Below, piece by piece: positions 1-9,183 of a DNA stretch of 64,000 bases. How positions within the stretch are numbered: the first letter of the stretch is position 1; every line of letters starts with the position of its first letter. The notes under the pieces are model-generated. The model did no database searches and was not told the DNA's origin. It saw only the letters and a program-made list of their open reading frames with translations. A program made the translations under genes and the position numbers. This DNA comes from Cytophagales bacterium. Its GTDB lineage: Bacteria > Bacteroidota > Bacteroidia > Cytophagales > UBA9547. The stretch spans positions 27,657 through 91,656 of the forward strand of contig JAAFIH010000003.1 in the NCBI GenBank assembly GCA_013297755.1, written 5' to 3'.

Positions 1-557
1 CTAATTACGGCCGTGTGGTGTTTATAAAACAAAAATTTAGGAGTACGATTGGTGGGGCTATCCAAATACTCATCGCCTTCTATGATGATTACTGGAGCTT
101 CAGAAAGTTGCACCATGTTGTCAAATCCTTCAATTTGGGCACCAACTAAATAATCGAAATTTTTATTTTGATGTTTTAGTACATGCAAAATCATGGAAGT
201 AATGGTTGTTTTTCCATGGCTTCCTGCAATGACTACACGTTGTTTATTTTTGCTTTGTTCGTAAATATATTCAGGGTAAGAATAAATTTTTAGACCTAAT
301 TGCTTGGCTTTGAGCAGCTCTGGGTTATCGGCCCTGGCGTGCATACCTAATATAATTGCATCTAGGTTTGGATGTATATTTTGGTCTGGAAACCAGCCCA
401 TTTGTGATGGGAGTAAACCTTTTGCGGCCAATCTAGTTTTTGATGGTTCAAAAACTTCGTCATCAGAACCTGTTATTTCAAATCCTTTTTTGTGTAATGC
501 CAACGCAAGATTGTGCATAGCACTACCACCAATGGCTATAAAATGTACTTTTTGCAT
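1..557 (-). CDS. Mur ligase family protein (Mpl/MurC-like), N-terminal part; gene runs off the window start
   Basis: Absent from the ORF track because the window edge truncates it. Reverse-strand translation from the ATG at 557-555 reads MQKVHFIAIGGSAMHNLALALHKKGFEITGSDDEVFEPS...QRVVIAGSHGKTTITSMILHVL...VIIIEGDEYLDS. This gives a Rossmann-like N-domain, a GxHGKTT P-loop and a DEY motif, as in Mur ligases. Confidence 0.7.
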   Translation of the reverse strand, partial: MQKVHFIAIGGSAMHNLALALHKKGFEITGSDDEVFEPSKTRLAAKGLLPSQMGWFPDQNIHPNLDAIILGMHARADNPELLKAKQLGLKIYSYPEYIYEQSKNKQRVVIAGSHGKTTITSMILHVLKHQNKNFDYLVGAQIEGFDNMVQLSEAPVIIIEGDEYLDSPTNRTPKFLFYKHHTAVI

Positions 558-733
558 ATTTAAGAAGGTTCACAAACATACACTTTTTAAACCAATTTTG
601 TGAGTATTGCAGAAAAAAAATTTAAAACAAAAGTAAAAATTGTAATATTTATTTGTTTTTATAATCAATAAAAAAAATCATTTAATAAAATTACCACAAA
701 TAAAAACACTTTAAATCAAGCATATAGTCTTGT

Positions 734-758
734 GAAAAACACGCCAAAAGGCGTGTTC
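734..758 (-). terminator. Rho-independent terminator after the 1554-aa adhesin gene
   Basis: Stem AACACGCC (738-745) pairs with GGCGTGTT (750-757) around a 4-nt loop. On the minus strand a T-run follows (complement of AAAAA 735-739). It lies 25 nt past the stop at 783. Confidence 0.6.
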
Positions 759-782
759 TATACAAGATGTTTTACAATGTAT

Positions 783-3700
783 CTATTCTACAATTATTTT
801 TTGGGTTTCATTACCAATTTTTACCAAATAAATGCCACTAACCAAAGCAACACTTATATTGGTTTCTGTATTAATTATTACTTGGGTAAATACTAATTTT
901 GCTTGTGAGTTATATATCAATAGTGTACTTCCTACTGTGGTATTTGAAATAGTAAAATTCCCATGATTGATTGGATTTGGATAAATACTTATTTTGCCAA
1001 GTTCATAAATTGGTAGATTGGTAGATGTTGTAGCAATTATTACTGGAACTTGAGCTATTGGTGTAGTTGGGTTTTCTCCTGGGTTTTGAACAATTACTAT
1101 TGGATTTGATGGGTTTATCATTGTGCTACCTGCTGGAATTGCACCTGTGATTATATTTCCATTGATAGTCATATTTGTCAAAACTACACCACCAATGGTT
1201 GCACTTGCACCATTGGCAAATCCAAAACCTGTGATAGAAACCAGTACATTATTGATAATATTGGATAAAGTAGTGTTTGTAAATAACCCTGAAACAGTAG
1301 CCGAAAACCCAGAAAAAGTGCCAATACCAAGGATAGTAGCACTTGTAACAATAGTGCCACAAGTTCCAGAAACGGTTACAAAATATACACCAACAGGTTT
1401 GTTGCTAATGGCAGCAACAGTTTCGTTTGTACTCCATTTGTAAGTCAAATCTACACCTGATGCAGAAATACTCAAATTGGCAGAAGCATTTGGTTGAATG
1501 GTTTGCGACATTGGTTCAGAAATAATTTTTGTGCCAGCCAAAGTCAATAAACTTACTGTATTTGAAATTTCGGTGCCACATGTACCTGTTACTGTTATGT
1601 TGTAATTATTACTTGGTACAGAGGTTGTCATGCTAGTAGTGGTGCTAAGGCCATTGCTCCAATGATAAGTTAAATTATTGCCCAAAGCAGTGATATTGAA
1701 ATGAGCAAAATTACCACCACAAAGCGTTTCAGAGGTTGGTTGATGGGTTATTTTAGTGCCAGCCAAAGTCAATAAACTTACTGTACTTGAAATTTCGGTA
1801 CCACAAGTACCTGTTACTGTCATGTTGTAATTATTACTTGGTACAGAGGTTGTCATGCTTGTAGTGGTGCTAAGGCCATTGCTCCAATGATAAGATAAAT
1901 TATTGCCCAAAGCAGTGATATTGAAATGAGCAAAATTACCACCACAAAGCGTTTCAGAGGTTGGTTGATGGGTTATTTTAGTGCCAGCCAAAGTCAATAA
2001 ACTTACTGTACTTGAAATTTCGGTACCACAAGTACCTGTTACTGTCATGTTGTAATTATTACTTGGTACAGAGGTTGTCATGCTTGTAGTGGTGCTAAGG
2101 CCATTGCTCCAATGATAAGATAAATTATTGCCCAAAGCAGTGATATTAAAATGAGCAGAATTACCTCCACAAAGCGTTTCAGAGGTTGGTTGATGGGTTA
2201 TTTTTGTACCAGCCAAAGTCAATAAACTTACTGTATTTGATATTTTGGTGCCACAAGTACCTGTTACTGTTATGTTGTAATTATTACTTGGTACTGAGGT
2301 TGTCATGCTTGTAGTGGTGCTAAGACCATTGCTCCACATATATTTTAGGCTTTCGCCAGTGGCAAACATATCAAAAACAACGGTTGCTCCAACGCAAGTT
2401 GAAAGCGATATGGGCTGTTGGGTAATTTTGGTTTCTGCCATGCCATACACCATGGCTGTTTCTGAAATTTCGGTGCCACAAGTGCCACTTACTGTTACTG
2501 TAACGCTTGTACCCAGAGTAGAAGTCATAAAACTTGTTGTCGTTGTTAGGCCATCGCTCCATTTGTATTTTAAGTTTTCGCCAATGGCAGAAATCGTAAA
2601 TGAAGCATAAGTATTGGCACAAATTAATTTTGTTTCCAACGTATTTTCGATTTCTGTTTGAGGAATATTAATCACTTTGGCATAATTGGATACAAAAGTA
2701 CCACAACCACTTACTTTTACCTTGAAACTTCCTCTTGTTTTACCACTCACAGTTATACTTGGATTTGAAGATTCATTGTTCCACTCATATTGTACAGGCG
2801 TAATACCAGCGACAGACACACTAAATACTGCAGCTGGTCCATCTGGGCATTTACTTACTGATATTGGTTGTGTTACAATAGTTGAAGGCTCTAGGCAAGG
2901 TTGCCAGATGCTTATTCGATTGTTATAAGAATCGGCTACGTAAACTTTTTTGTCAGCAGTTTCCCAAACTGAAGATGGAAAATCGAACGAATTGCTACTA
3001 AGCCCTGATATTTCTGAAATCTTTTCAAAGTTATTGCCTGATTGGCTCAAAACTATAATTTTATTGGTATAGCGGTCTGAAAAGAATATTTTATTATCAG
3101 CCCCAGCAAATAATTTGAATGGATAATAGAGCAGATTTGAATTGGCATCAATTCCTCCAAAAGTGGTAACAACGCCAAAATTATTACCAGACTGTGTCCA
3201 AACGCTTATTTTATTGCCTTGATATTCTGAAATAAGCATCTGATTGTTAGCTCCAAAAACCAAACTACTTGGTCTATTTAATAAATTATTGCCTCCAAAG
3301 GTGGTCATTACTCCAAAATTATTACCAGATTGTGTCCAAACACTTATTCTGTTGTTGTTGTAATCGCATACAAAAATATGCCCATGAGCATCAAAATTTA
3401 TATCAATAGGATAATTTAATTGATTAATAGCCGAACCTTGTGAACCAAAAGTATTAATATTAGTAAAATTGATACCATCTTGGGTCCAAACTGAAATTCT
3501 ATGTCCAGAATAATCGGCCACAAAAATCATACCATTTGGAGCAACCGCAACGGCTGAGGCTCCATTAAATTCAGTTGGGCTCGAACCTGTACTACCAAAA
3601 CTGGTTAATGGCAAAAAGTTTGTGCCTGATTGTGTCCATACAGACACTCGATTGTTAGAATAATCTGACACATATATATAGCCATTTGATGTCATAAATA

Positions 3701-5447
3701 GACCTTCTGGAGAATTAAATTGACCAAATCCATTGCCTTGCGTTCCAAAACTTGATAGGAATGAATAATTTTTACTAAAAGTTTTTCTGATTGAAATATT
3801 TTGAGTTGCCGAATACACATTATTGTTTAAACAACCATTGGCTACAGTTATTACACACTTCACAACTGCATTATTTTGAAAAGTACTGCCTATCAATTCA
3901 CCTTCGTTTCTGCCCACAGGCACATTGTCAATAAACCATTGAAAAATTGGTCGTGCACCAACATTTGATGTACTTAAATTAAAATCAACATTTTCGCCAG
4001 CATTGATATTTGATGATGGCATAGCTTCTATATATAACTCTGGTATTCTAATAATTAAAACTTGAGATGGAGCAAAATTACTTTTACAGCCATTTGTATT
4101 TTGAGTTACATAATAAGTGTCATCTTCTAGTTCATCGTTTTGGTCTAAGTTACTATTGTAATTATTGTTATAATACCAAGTCAAATTTTGCCCCAAAGCA
4201 GTAAGATTATAAACATAAGCTGTGCCACAAAACGATTGCACTCCCGCCACTGTTGGCATTGGAGAAAGTTCTTTTGCAAATACAATGAAAGTCGCCCTTG
4301 CACTTTCGCAACCCAATGGCGATTGAGATACATAAAATGTATTTTGTCCTACAAAAGTAAGATTTGAACCTAAAGTAGTGCTACCAGAATTTGTGCTATA
4401 CCATGTCAAATTTGTGCCTTGAGCCACCAAATTGCTATAATTACCAACGCCACATATACTTGTGGGCGATACCACAATAGGTGCAGAGGGGATTGTACTA
4501 ACTACTACATATTCGGCAGCTACAGTTTGGTTCATATTATCATCAGTTATTGTTACTGTAAATAAACCACTGGCCGTGAAATTATTGACACTAGAAGTTG
4601 GCATGTCGCCACCAGACCAGTTGTAAGAAACTCCACCAGAAACTGTAAGCGTTACTTTACTACAACCTGATGTATTTCCAGCAATAGCACACATACTACC
4701 ATTGGCAATAGCACCAGGCGAAATCCAATTAGAAGTGTTGCCCGAAAGATTAAAATTAATTAACTGACCATTATTTGCAAACGAAGTTGCATCTAACAAA
4801 GAATTTTCGTTTGTATTCATGCCAGAGGCTGTTCCTTGATTGAAATGATAGTTTGCCACCAACCCATAAGCATTGGTTGGAATTTCGCAATTCATTTTTG
4901 CCTGAATTTCTGTTTGAGATAATACTCTATTCCAAAGTCTAAATTCGTCTAACCGTCCAGTGAGCGGAAAACTTCCACCATTTCTACTGCCAAGAATTAA
5001 ATCACTTGCATTGGCATTAACTGAAGTATTTAGTGTGCCACTACCTGATTTTGTGTAGCTTATATCTACACCATTGATATATATTTTGGCAAAACCTATG
5101 CTTGGGTCATATACACAAGCCAAGTGCAACCAAGTATCTTTAGGAAATGAATTGTTGTCGGCATCTAAATATACACCAGATGCAGGAATAAATCGAATAC
5201 GATTATTGTTTGGATCTGTATGAATTTCTAATTGTTCTAAGCCTTTGGCACATATAAAATCAAGTGGTGCTGATGAGGTTTTCCAATACACCCAAGTTTC
5301 TATTGTAAATTTTGACACATTCAAAGTTGAATTTGTTGGAATATTGACTATGTTATTATTTCCATTAAAATCAAGTGTAGAACCAGCAACGGCAAATGTT
5401 TTTGAGAAAGAGAGAGCTACAATAACAAGTATAAACAGTTTTTTCAT
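783..5447 (-). CDS. Large T9SS-secreted surface protein: LamG (Laminin_G_3) domain, Ig-like repeats, six NHL beta-propeller blades, IPT/TIG-like segment, C-terminal Por/T9SS sorting domain
   Basis: Signal peptide MKKLFILVIVALSFSKTFA. LamG-type segment (FTIETWVYWK...GRLDEFRLWNRVLSQTEIQ). Six Y(S/N)NNR(V/I)S(V/I)WTQSG blades. Repeated 75-aa CxG...Y(H/K/M)WSNGL...VTGTCG modules. C-terminal ISIYPNPINHGNFTIS...GIYLVKIGNETQKIIVE resembles type A T9SS CTDs. Confidence 0.85.
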   Translation of the reverse strand: MKKLFILVIVALSFSKTFAVAGSTLDFNGNNNIVNIPTNSTLNVSKFTIETWVYWKTSSAPLDFICAKGLEQLEIHTDPNNNRIRFIPASGVYLDADNNSFPKDTWLHLACVYDPSIGFAKIYINGVDISYTKSGSGTLNTSVNANASDLILGSRNGGSFPLTGRLDEFRLWNRVLSQTEIQAKMNCEIPTNAYGLVANYHFNQGTASGMNTNENSLLDATSFANNGQLINFNLSGNTSNWISPGAIANGSMCAIAGNTSGCSKVTLTVSGGVSYNWSGGDMPTSSVNNFTASGLFTVTITDDNMNQTVAAEYVVVSTIPSAPIVVSPTSICGVGNYSNLVAQGTNLTWYSTNSGSTTLGSNLTFVGQNTFYVSQSPLGCESARATFIVFAKELSPMPTVAGVQSFCGTAYVYNLTALGQNLTWYYNNNYNSNLDQNDELEDDTYYVTQNTNGCKSNFAPSQVLIIRIPELYIEAMPSSNINAGENVDFNLSTSNVGARPIFQWFIDNVPVGRNEGELIGSTFQNNAVVKCVITVANGCLNNNVYSATQNISIRKTFSKNYSFLSSFGTQGNGFGQFNSPEGLFMTSNGYIYVSDYSNNRVSVWTQSGTNFLPLTSFGSTGSSPTEFNGASAVAVAPNGMIFVADYSGHRISVWTQDGINFTNINTFGSQGSAINQLNYPIDINFDAHGHIFVCDYNNNRISVWTQSGNNFGVMTTFGGNNLLNRPSSLVFGANNQMLISEYQGNKISVWTQSGNNFGVVTTFGGIDANSNLLYYPFKLFAGADNKIFFSDRYTNKIIVLSQSGNNFEKISEISGLSSNSFDFPSSVWETADKKVYVADSYNNRISIWQPCLEPSTIVTQPISVSKCPDGPAAVFSVSVAGITPVQYEWNNESSNPSITVSGKTRGSFKVKVSGCGTFVSNYAKVINIPQTEIENTLETKLICANTYASFTISAIGENLKYKWSDGLTTTTSFMTSTLGTSVTVTVSGTCGTEISETAMVYGMAETKITQQPISLSTCVGATVVFDMFATGESLKYMWSNGLSTTTSMTTSVPSNNYNITVTGTCGTKISNTVSLLTLAGTKITHQPTSETLCGGNSAHFNITALGNNLSYHWSNGLSTTTSMTTSVPSNNYNMTVTGTCGTEISSTVSLLTLAGTKITHQPTSETLCGGNFAHFNITALGNNLSYHWSNGLSTTTSMTTSVPSNNYNMTVTGTCGTEISSTVSLLTLAGTKITHQPTSETLCGGNFAHFNITALGNNLTYHWSNGLSTTTSMTTSVPSNNYNITVTGTCGTEISNTVSLLTLAGTKIISEPMSQTIQPNASANLSISASGVDLTYKWSTNETVAAISNKPVGVYFVTVSGTCGTIVTSATILGIGTFSGFSATVSGLFTNTTLSNIINNVLVSITGFGFANGASATIGGVVLTNMTINGNIITGAIPAGSTMINPSNPIVIVQNPGENPTTPIAQVPVIIATTSTNLPIYELGKISIYPNPINHGNFTISNTTVGSTLLIYNSQAKLVFTQVIINTETNISVALVSGIYLVKIGNETQKIIVE
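1531..2430. repeat. Four tandem 225-bp (75-codon) near-identical repeats inside the adhesin CDS
   Basis: GTGCCAGCCAAAGTCAATAAACTTACTGTA recurs at 1531, 1756 and 1981, and as GTACCAGCC... at 2206. Copies 1756-1980 and 1981-2205 differ at only about 4 positions. More diverged copies continue to about 2900. Confidence 0.85.
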
Positions 5448-5580
5448 AAAATATTATAATTAATAATTTACAAAAATCTGTGTATTTATAATGTAAAAAA
5501 ATAGGTAGGAGTACTCATATTTTTGGGAAGTATCAATAACTAAGGGCAACCATATTTTAAAATATTATAGTTTATAATAC

Positions 5581-5780
5581 AATGTCGTTTACTTATGCAT
5601 CAAAGTATCTATCTTTTTAGACGAAAGGCCAAGAAGGAAGCAATAAAAAATGCTTATATTGAACCGAAAAACAAATATTACAATTTTATTTTAAACCCCT
5701 CTTTTAATTTCTCCACAAGTGGGAGAAAAATTATAGGAATGTAATTTTAATTTTTCGGTTTGATATTAGTATTCGACATT
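5581..5780. mobile_element. Composite MITE-like element: family-1 termini (AATGTCGTTTAC...CGACATT) enclosing a family-2 nested-hairpin element
   Basis: Left end AATGTCGTTTACTTATG matches the ends of the 88-89-bp elements at 31139 and 60411. Right end ...GTATTCGACATT is its imperfect inverse. Flanking direct repeat GTTTATA at 5570-5576 and 5782-5788. Confidence 0.5.
5661..5761. repeat. Family-2 nested-hairpin element (copy 1), inside the composite element
   Basis: Outer stem AACCGAAAAA (5662-5671) pairs with TTTTTCGGTT (5751-5760). Inner hairpin TTTCTCC-ACAAGTG-GGAGAAA. Shares block order with 44406-44520 (attttattttaaacccctc / aatttctNN hairpin / taggaat / tttttNNgtt). ATATT is present on both flanks. 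Confidence 0.5.
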
Positions 5781-5796
5781 GGTTTATATATTGATA

Positions 5797-7821
5797 TTAT
5801 TTTTTCTTTTCTAATACCAGTGCAGTTCTATTTGTAAGATATAAACTCAAAATATTGTTTCCATCTTGTAGCTGTGTGATGTAATCCATGTTGTTGTCTA
5901 TTCTGTGTTGGCCACCAAAAGTAGCTGCATCTGAATTTAAAATAATTTTGTAAACACCACTTTGAGGCACTGCAAATCTATAATCATAAATAGAATTGAG
6001 AGGGCTAAAATTGAATACAAATATCAGATTATGACGTTCAAAAATAATTACTTTGTTATTATCGTCCATATTAAGTTGTTTGGCAGCTATGGCATTGAGT
6101 AATTGTTTTTTCTGACAAAGTGCTATCATTTCTGCATCAAAATTATTCAAAAAACGGTATTTTAATCTTTCGCTATCTACTAAACTCCACTGTCTACGAG
6201 CATATTTATAACTCCAATGGTTGCCTTCTCTAGGGAAATCAATCCACTCTGGATGCCCAAATTCATTTCCTATAAAGTTCATATATCCTTCTCCACCCAA
6301 AGCAAGGGTAATCAAACGTATCATTTTGTGCAAAGCCATACCACGTTCGATGACATAATCTTTGTCTTCTTCGTCCATGTGCCAATACATTTCTTTGTCC
6401 ATGAGCCAAAAAGCAATGGTTTTATCGCCCACTAAGGCTTGGTCGTGCGATTCAGAATAGCAAATAGTTTTTTCTTTGTACCTTCTGTTAGAAAGTGTAG
6501 TATACAATTCGTGGATATTCCATTCTTCGTCTCGTGTATGTTTTAGTAATTTTATCCAAAAATCAGGTATTCCCATGCCCAATCTGTAATCAAAACCTAG
6601 CCCACCATCTTCGGGCGTACGACAACCCCCAGGCATGCCACTCATGTCTTCACCAACCGTAAATGCTCCTTTTTTGAGGTTATGCACAAGGTCATTTGCA
6701 AGTGTTACATAAGTGATGGCATCCCAATCTGTTTGATGTCTAAAGTATTTGTCGTAATGATCAAAGGCTTCGTAAATGCCATGATGTTCGTATAGCATAG
6801 AAGTTACACCGTCAAATCTAAAACCATCAAAATGGAACTCTTCCATCCAATATTTGATGTTAGAAAGTAAGAATTGCTTTACTTCCCACTTTCCATAATT
6901 AAACAAACGAGAATCCCATTGGTCGTGATATCCTTTACCGCCATCATGAAAATATTGGTAATCTGTACCATCAAGTTGATTGAGACCTTCGTCAAAATTT
7001 TTGACTGCATGAGAATGAACAATGTCCATAATCATAGCAATACCAAGTTTGTGAGCTTCGTTTACCAAAAATTTGAGGTCTTCGGGCGTTCCAAACCTAG
7101 AACTAGGAGCAAAATAATTGGATACATGATATCCAAACGAACCATAATATGGATGTTCGGCCACTGCCATAAGCTGCACAGTGTTATATCCTAGTTTTTT
7201 TATTCTTGGTAATACAATTTTTGCAAATTCCACATAAGTACCAACTCCTTCTTTTTCTTGAGCCATTCCTATATGAGCTTCATAGATTAATGGCATCTGA
7301 GCTTGTGTTAGCACAAAATCTTTGTCAGACCATTTAAAAGAATTTTCTGGTGCCCAAATCTGACCAGAAAAAACTTTTGTAGTTTCGTCCTGCAAAGCCC
7401 TTGTGATATAAGCAGGTATGCGATCATGGTTGCCATTGGCAGCCTTGATGTGTACTTTTACCAAACTTTGATGTTTAAAAGTAGCACTATATTCGGTATC
7501 TGGTAAGAATATCTCCCAAATATCTGATTCATTTTTGGCCAATGGATGCGATTCTCGGTTCCAGTTGTTGAAATCACCAATCAGAAACAACCCATAAGCA
7601 GCAGGTGCCCATTCTCTATAATACCAACCTTTCTTCTTTGAATCATAATTAAAACCAAAATACTTATAAGCATCAGCAAAAGCTCTAAGGCTACCAGCAT
7701 GACTTTCGAGGGCTTTTTTTTGGTCTAAAAAACGGGTTTGTCTATCCAAAATATCTTGCTGATATGGCTCCAACCAAGGATCGTCTACTACTAATTGTAC
7801 TTTTGTGGATGGATTTGCCAT
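5797..7821 (-). CDS. glgB: 1,4-alpha-glucan branching enzyme (GH13, eukaryote-like subfamily common in Bacteroidota)
   Basis: 674 aa. Contains YYREWAPAA, IYEAHIGM, DGFRFDGVTSM, GEDMSG and YSESHDQALVGDK, the conserved alpha-amylase-family regions of branching enzymes. Confidence 0.9.
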   Translation of the reverse strand: MANPSTKVQLVVDDPWLEPYQQDILDRQTRFLDQKKALESHAGSLRAFADAYKYFGFNYDSKKKGWYYREWAPAAYGLFLIGDFNNWNRESHPLAKNESDIWEIFLPDTEYSATFKHQSLVKVHIKAANGNHDRIPAYITRALQDETTKVFSGQIWAPENSFKWSDKDFVLTQAQMPLIYEAHIGMAQEKEGVGTYVEFAKIVLPRIKKLGYNTVQLMAVAEHPYYGSFGYHVSNYFAPSSRFGTPEDLKFLVNEAHKLGIAMIMDIVHSHAVKNFDEGLNQLDGTDYQYFHDGGKGYHDQWDSRLFNYGKWEVKQFLLSNIKYWMEEFHFDGFRFDGVTSMLYEHHGIYEAFDHYDKYFRHQTDWDAITYVTLANDLVHNLKKGAFTVGEDMSGMPGGCRTPEDGGLGFDYRLGMGIPDFWIKLLKHTRDEEWNIHELYTTLSNRRYKEKTICYSESHDQALVGDKTIAFWLMDKEMYWHMDEEDKDYVIERGMALHKMIRLITLALGGEGYMNFIGNEFGHPEWIDFPREGNHWSYKYARRQWSLVDSERLKYRFLNNFDAEMIALCQKKQLLNAIAAKQLNMDDNNKVIIFERHNLIFVFNFSPLNSIYDYRFAVPQSGVYKIILNSDAATFGGQHRIDNNMDYITQLQDGNNILSLYLTNRTALVLEKKK

Positions 7822-8236
7822 ATATGATTAATTTTATTGATTATTGGTTGAATACGTTAAAAATTCAAAAAAAGATGTGTTGATAAACTTGTTTTTGTAA
7901 ATATATATTTTAATTTATAAAAATAGATATTTATTTTAAAAATATAGGTTTAAATGAACTTCTCAAAAAGAAAATCCTATTGATTTTCTTTAATTTAATA
8001 CTAAAAAAAAGCTATTGAGCTAAAACGTATAGTAGGTAATTGTTTAATGCTTTTAATTTAATCTAAAGATTTTAGAAGTTTCCCTACACGAAAACAATCC
8101 TAATTTTAATAAAAAAATAAAAATTCGAGCTTTTTTAAGCAAAAAATATAAAATTTCAAAATCTCAAATTTTAATTTAATTATTCTTTAGAATTAATATT
8201 ATTTTGCTGTAATATTGCAAACAAATACTAAAAAAA

Positions 8237-9004
8237 ATGTTTGGAGAAGATTTAAGCACTTGCATATTTATAATACTAGATTTAATACTCATAGAGAGTT
8301 TATTATCAGTGGATAATGCAGCCGTTTTGGCAACTATGGTTATGGATCTGCCCAAAAAAATGCGTAATAAAGCCTTACAATATGGCATTATAGGGGCGTA
8401 TGTTTTTAGAGGTATTTGCTTATTTTTTGCAAGTTATATGGTCAAAATATTATGGCTCAAGGCTTTGGGTGGCCTCTATTTAGCATATATCACTTACAAT
8501 CATTTCAAAAAATATTTTACAAAACAAAAATCTGAAGTAGAAGAGATGATCGATAAACGTGAAAATTGGATATACAAACTTACCTCTGGTGCTATTGGCA
8601 TATTTTGGTCTACTGTTATATTGGTAGAAGTCATGGATTTGGCTTTTTCTATTGATAATATTTTTGCAGCTGTGGCCATTACCAACAATTTATATCTGAT
8701 TTGTATTGGTGTATTTATAGGAATTTTGGCCATGCGATTTGTAGCTCAAAGTTTTGTGCAACTCATGGAAACTTACCCATTTTTAGAAGATACTGCATTT
8801 GCTGTAATAGGTATTTTAGGGCTAAAACTTATATTTTCATCTGGTGTAGATTATTTCGCTTCAGAATCTATGAAAGAAATTGTTAATGGTCATACAGCAG
8901 ATCTAATATTTTCATTAATCACTGCATCGTTCTTTTTTGTGCCACTTCTTACTTCTTACTTCTTCAATTTCCCCAAAAACGCAAAAAATACAGTCAATGA
9001 ATAG
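8237..9004 (+). CDS. TerC family integral membrane protein
   Basis: Two copies of the TerC signature (LLSVDNAAVLATMV and LAFSIDNIFAAVAI) in a protein with multiple TM helices. Confidence 0.8.
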   Translation: MFGEDLSTCIFIILDLILIESLLSVDNAAVLATMVMDLPKKMRNKALQYGIIGAYVFRGICLFFASYMVKILWLKALGGLYLAYITYNHFKKYFTKQKSEVEEMIDKRENWIYKLTSGAIGIFWSTVILVEVMDLAFSIDNIFAAVAITNNLYLICIGVFIGILAMRFVAQSFVQLMETYPFLEDTAFAVIGILGLKLIFSSGVDYFASESMKEIVNGHTADLIFSLITASFFFVPLLTSYFFNFPKNAKNTVNE

Positions 9005-9119
9005 GATAAAATCTTTTTATACCCAATGGAAAGATTATATTAGAATAGATATATTGATGTATCTTGTCATGTTTGTTTTGATAATTGGATTTGTAGTTAT
9101 CCAATCTATTTTAAAATAA
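8997..9119 (+). CDS. Possible 40-aa single-TM small protein overlapping the TerC stop
   Basis: ATG at 8997 overlaps the last TerC codons (gtcAATGAAtag). MNRIKSFYTQWKDYIRIDILMYLVMFVLIIGFVVIQSILK has one hydrophobic helix. No homology evidence. Confidence 0.25.
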   Translation: MNRIKSFYTQWKDYIRIDILMYLVMFVLIIGFVVIQSILK

Positions 9120-9183
9120 CAAACAAGCTTTGGAACTCTATTTTTAGTTTTTTTGGTTAATAAAATAAATTTAAAAATCCAAA

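Noticed and set aside
304-603. 99-aa plus-strand ORF from the track
   Set aside because: It lies antisense to a much better supported Mur ligase gene (1-557, minus) with clear P-loop motifs. The product is Cys/Ser/Phe-rich with no motifs, so it is a shadow ORF.
1123-2928. Several 80-106-aa ORFs on both strands inside the 1554-aa adhesin gene
   Set aside because: All are contained within, and out of frame with or antisense to, a continuous 4.6-kb ORF with recognisable domains. The repetitive sequence inflates spurious ORF length.
8000-8236. yybP-ykoY (manganese) riboswitch upstream of the TerC-family gene
   Set aside because: The region is almost pure A/T, with none of the G-rich conserved helices of that riboswitch.
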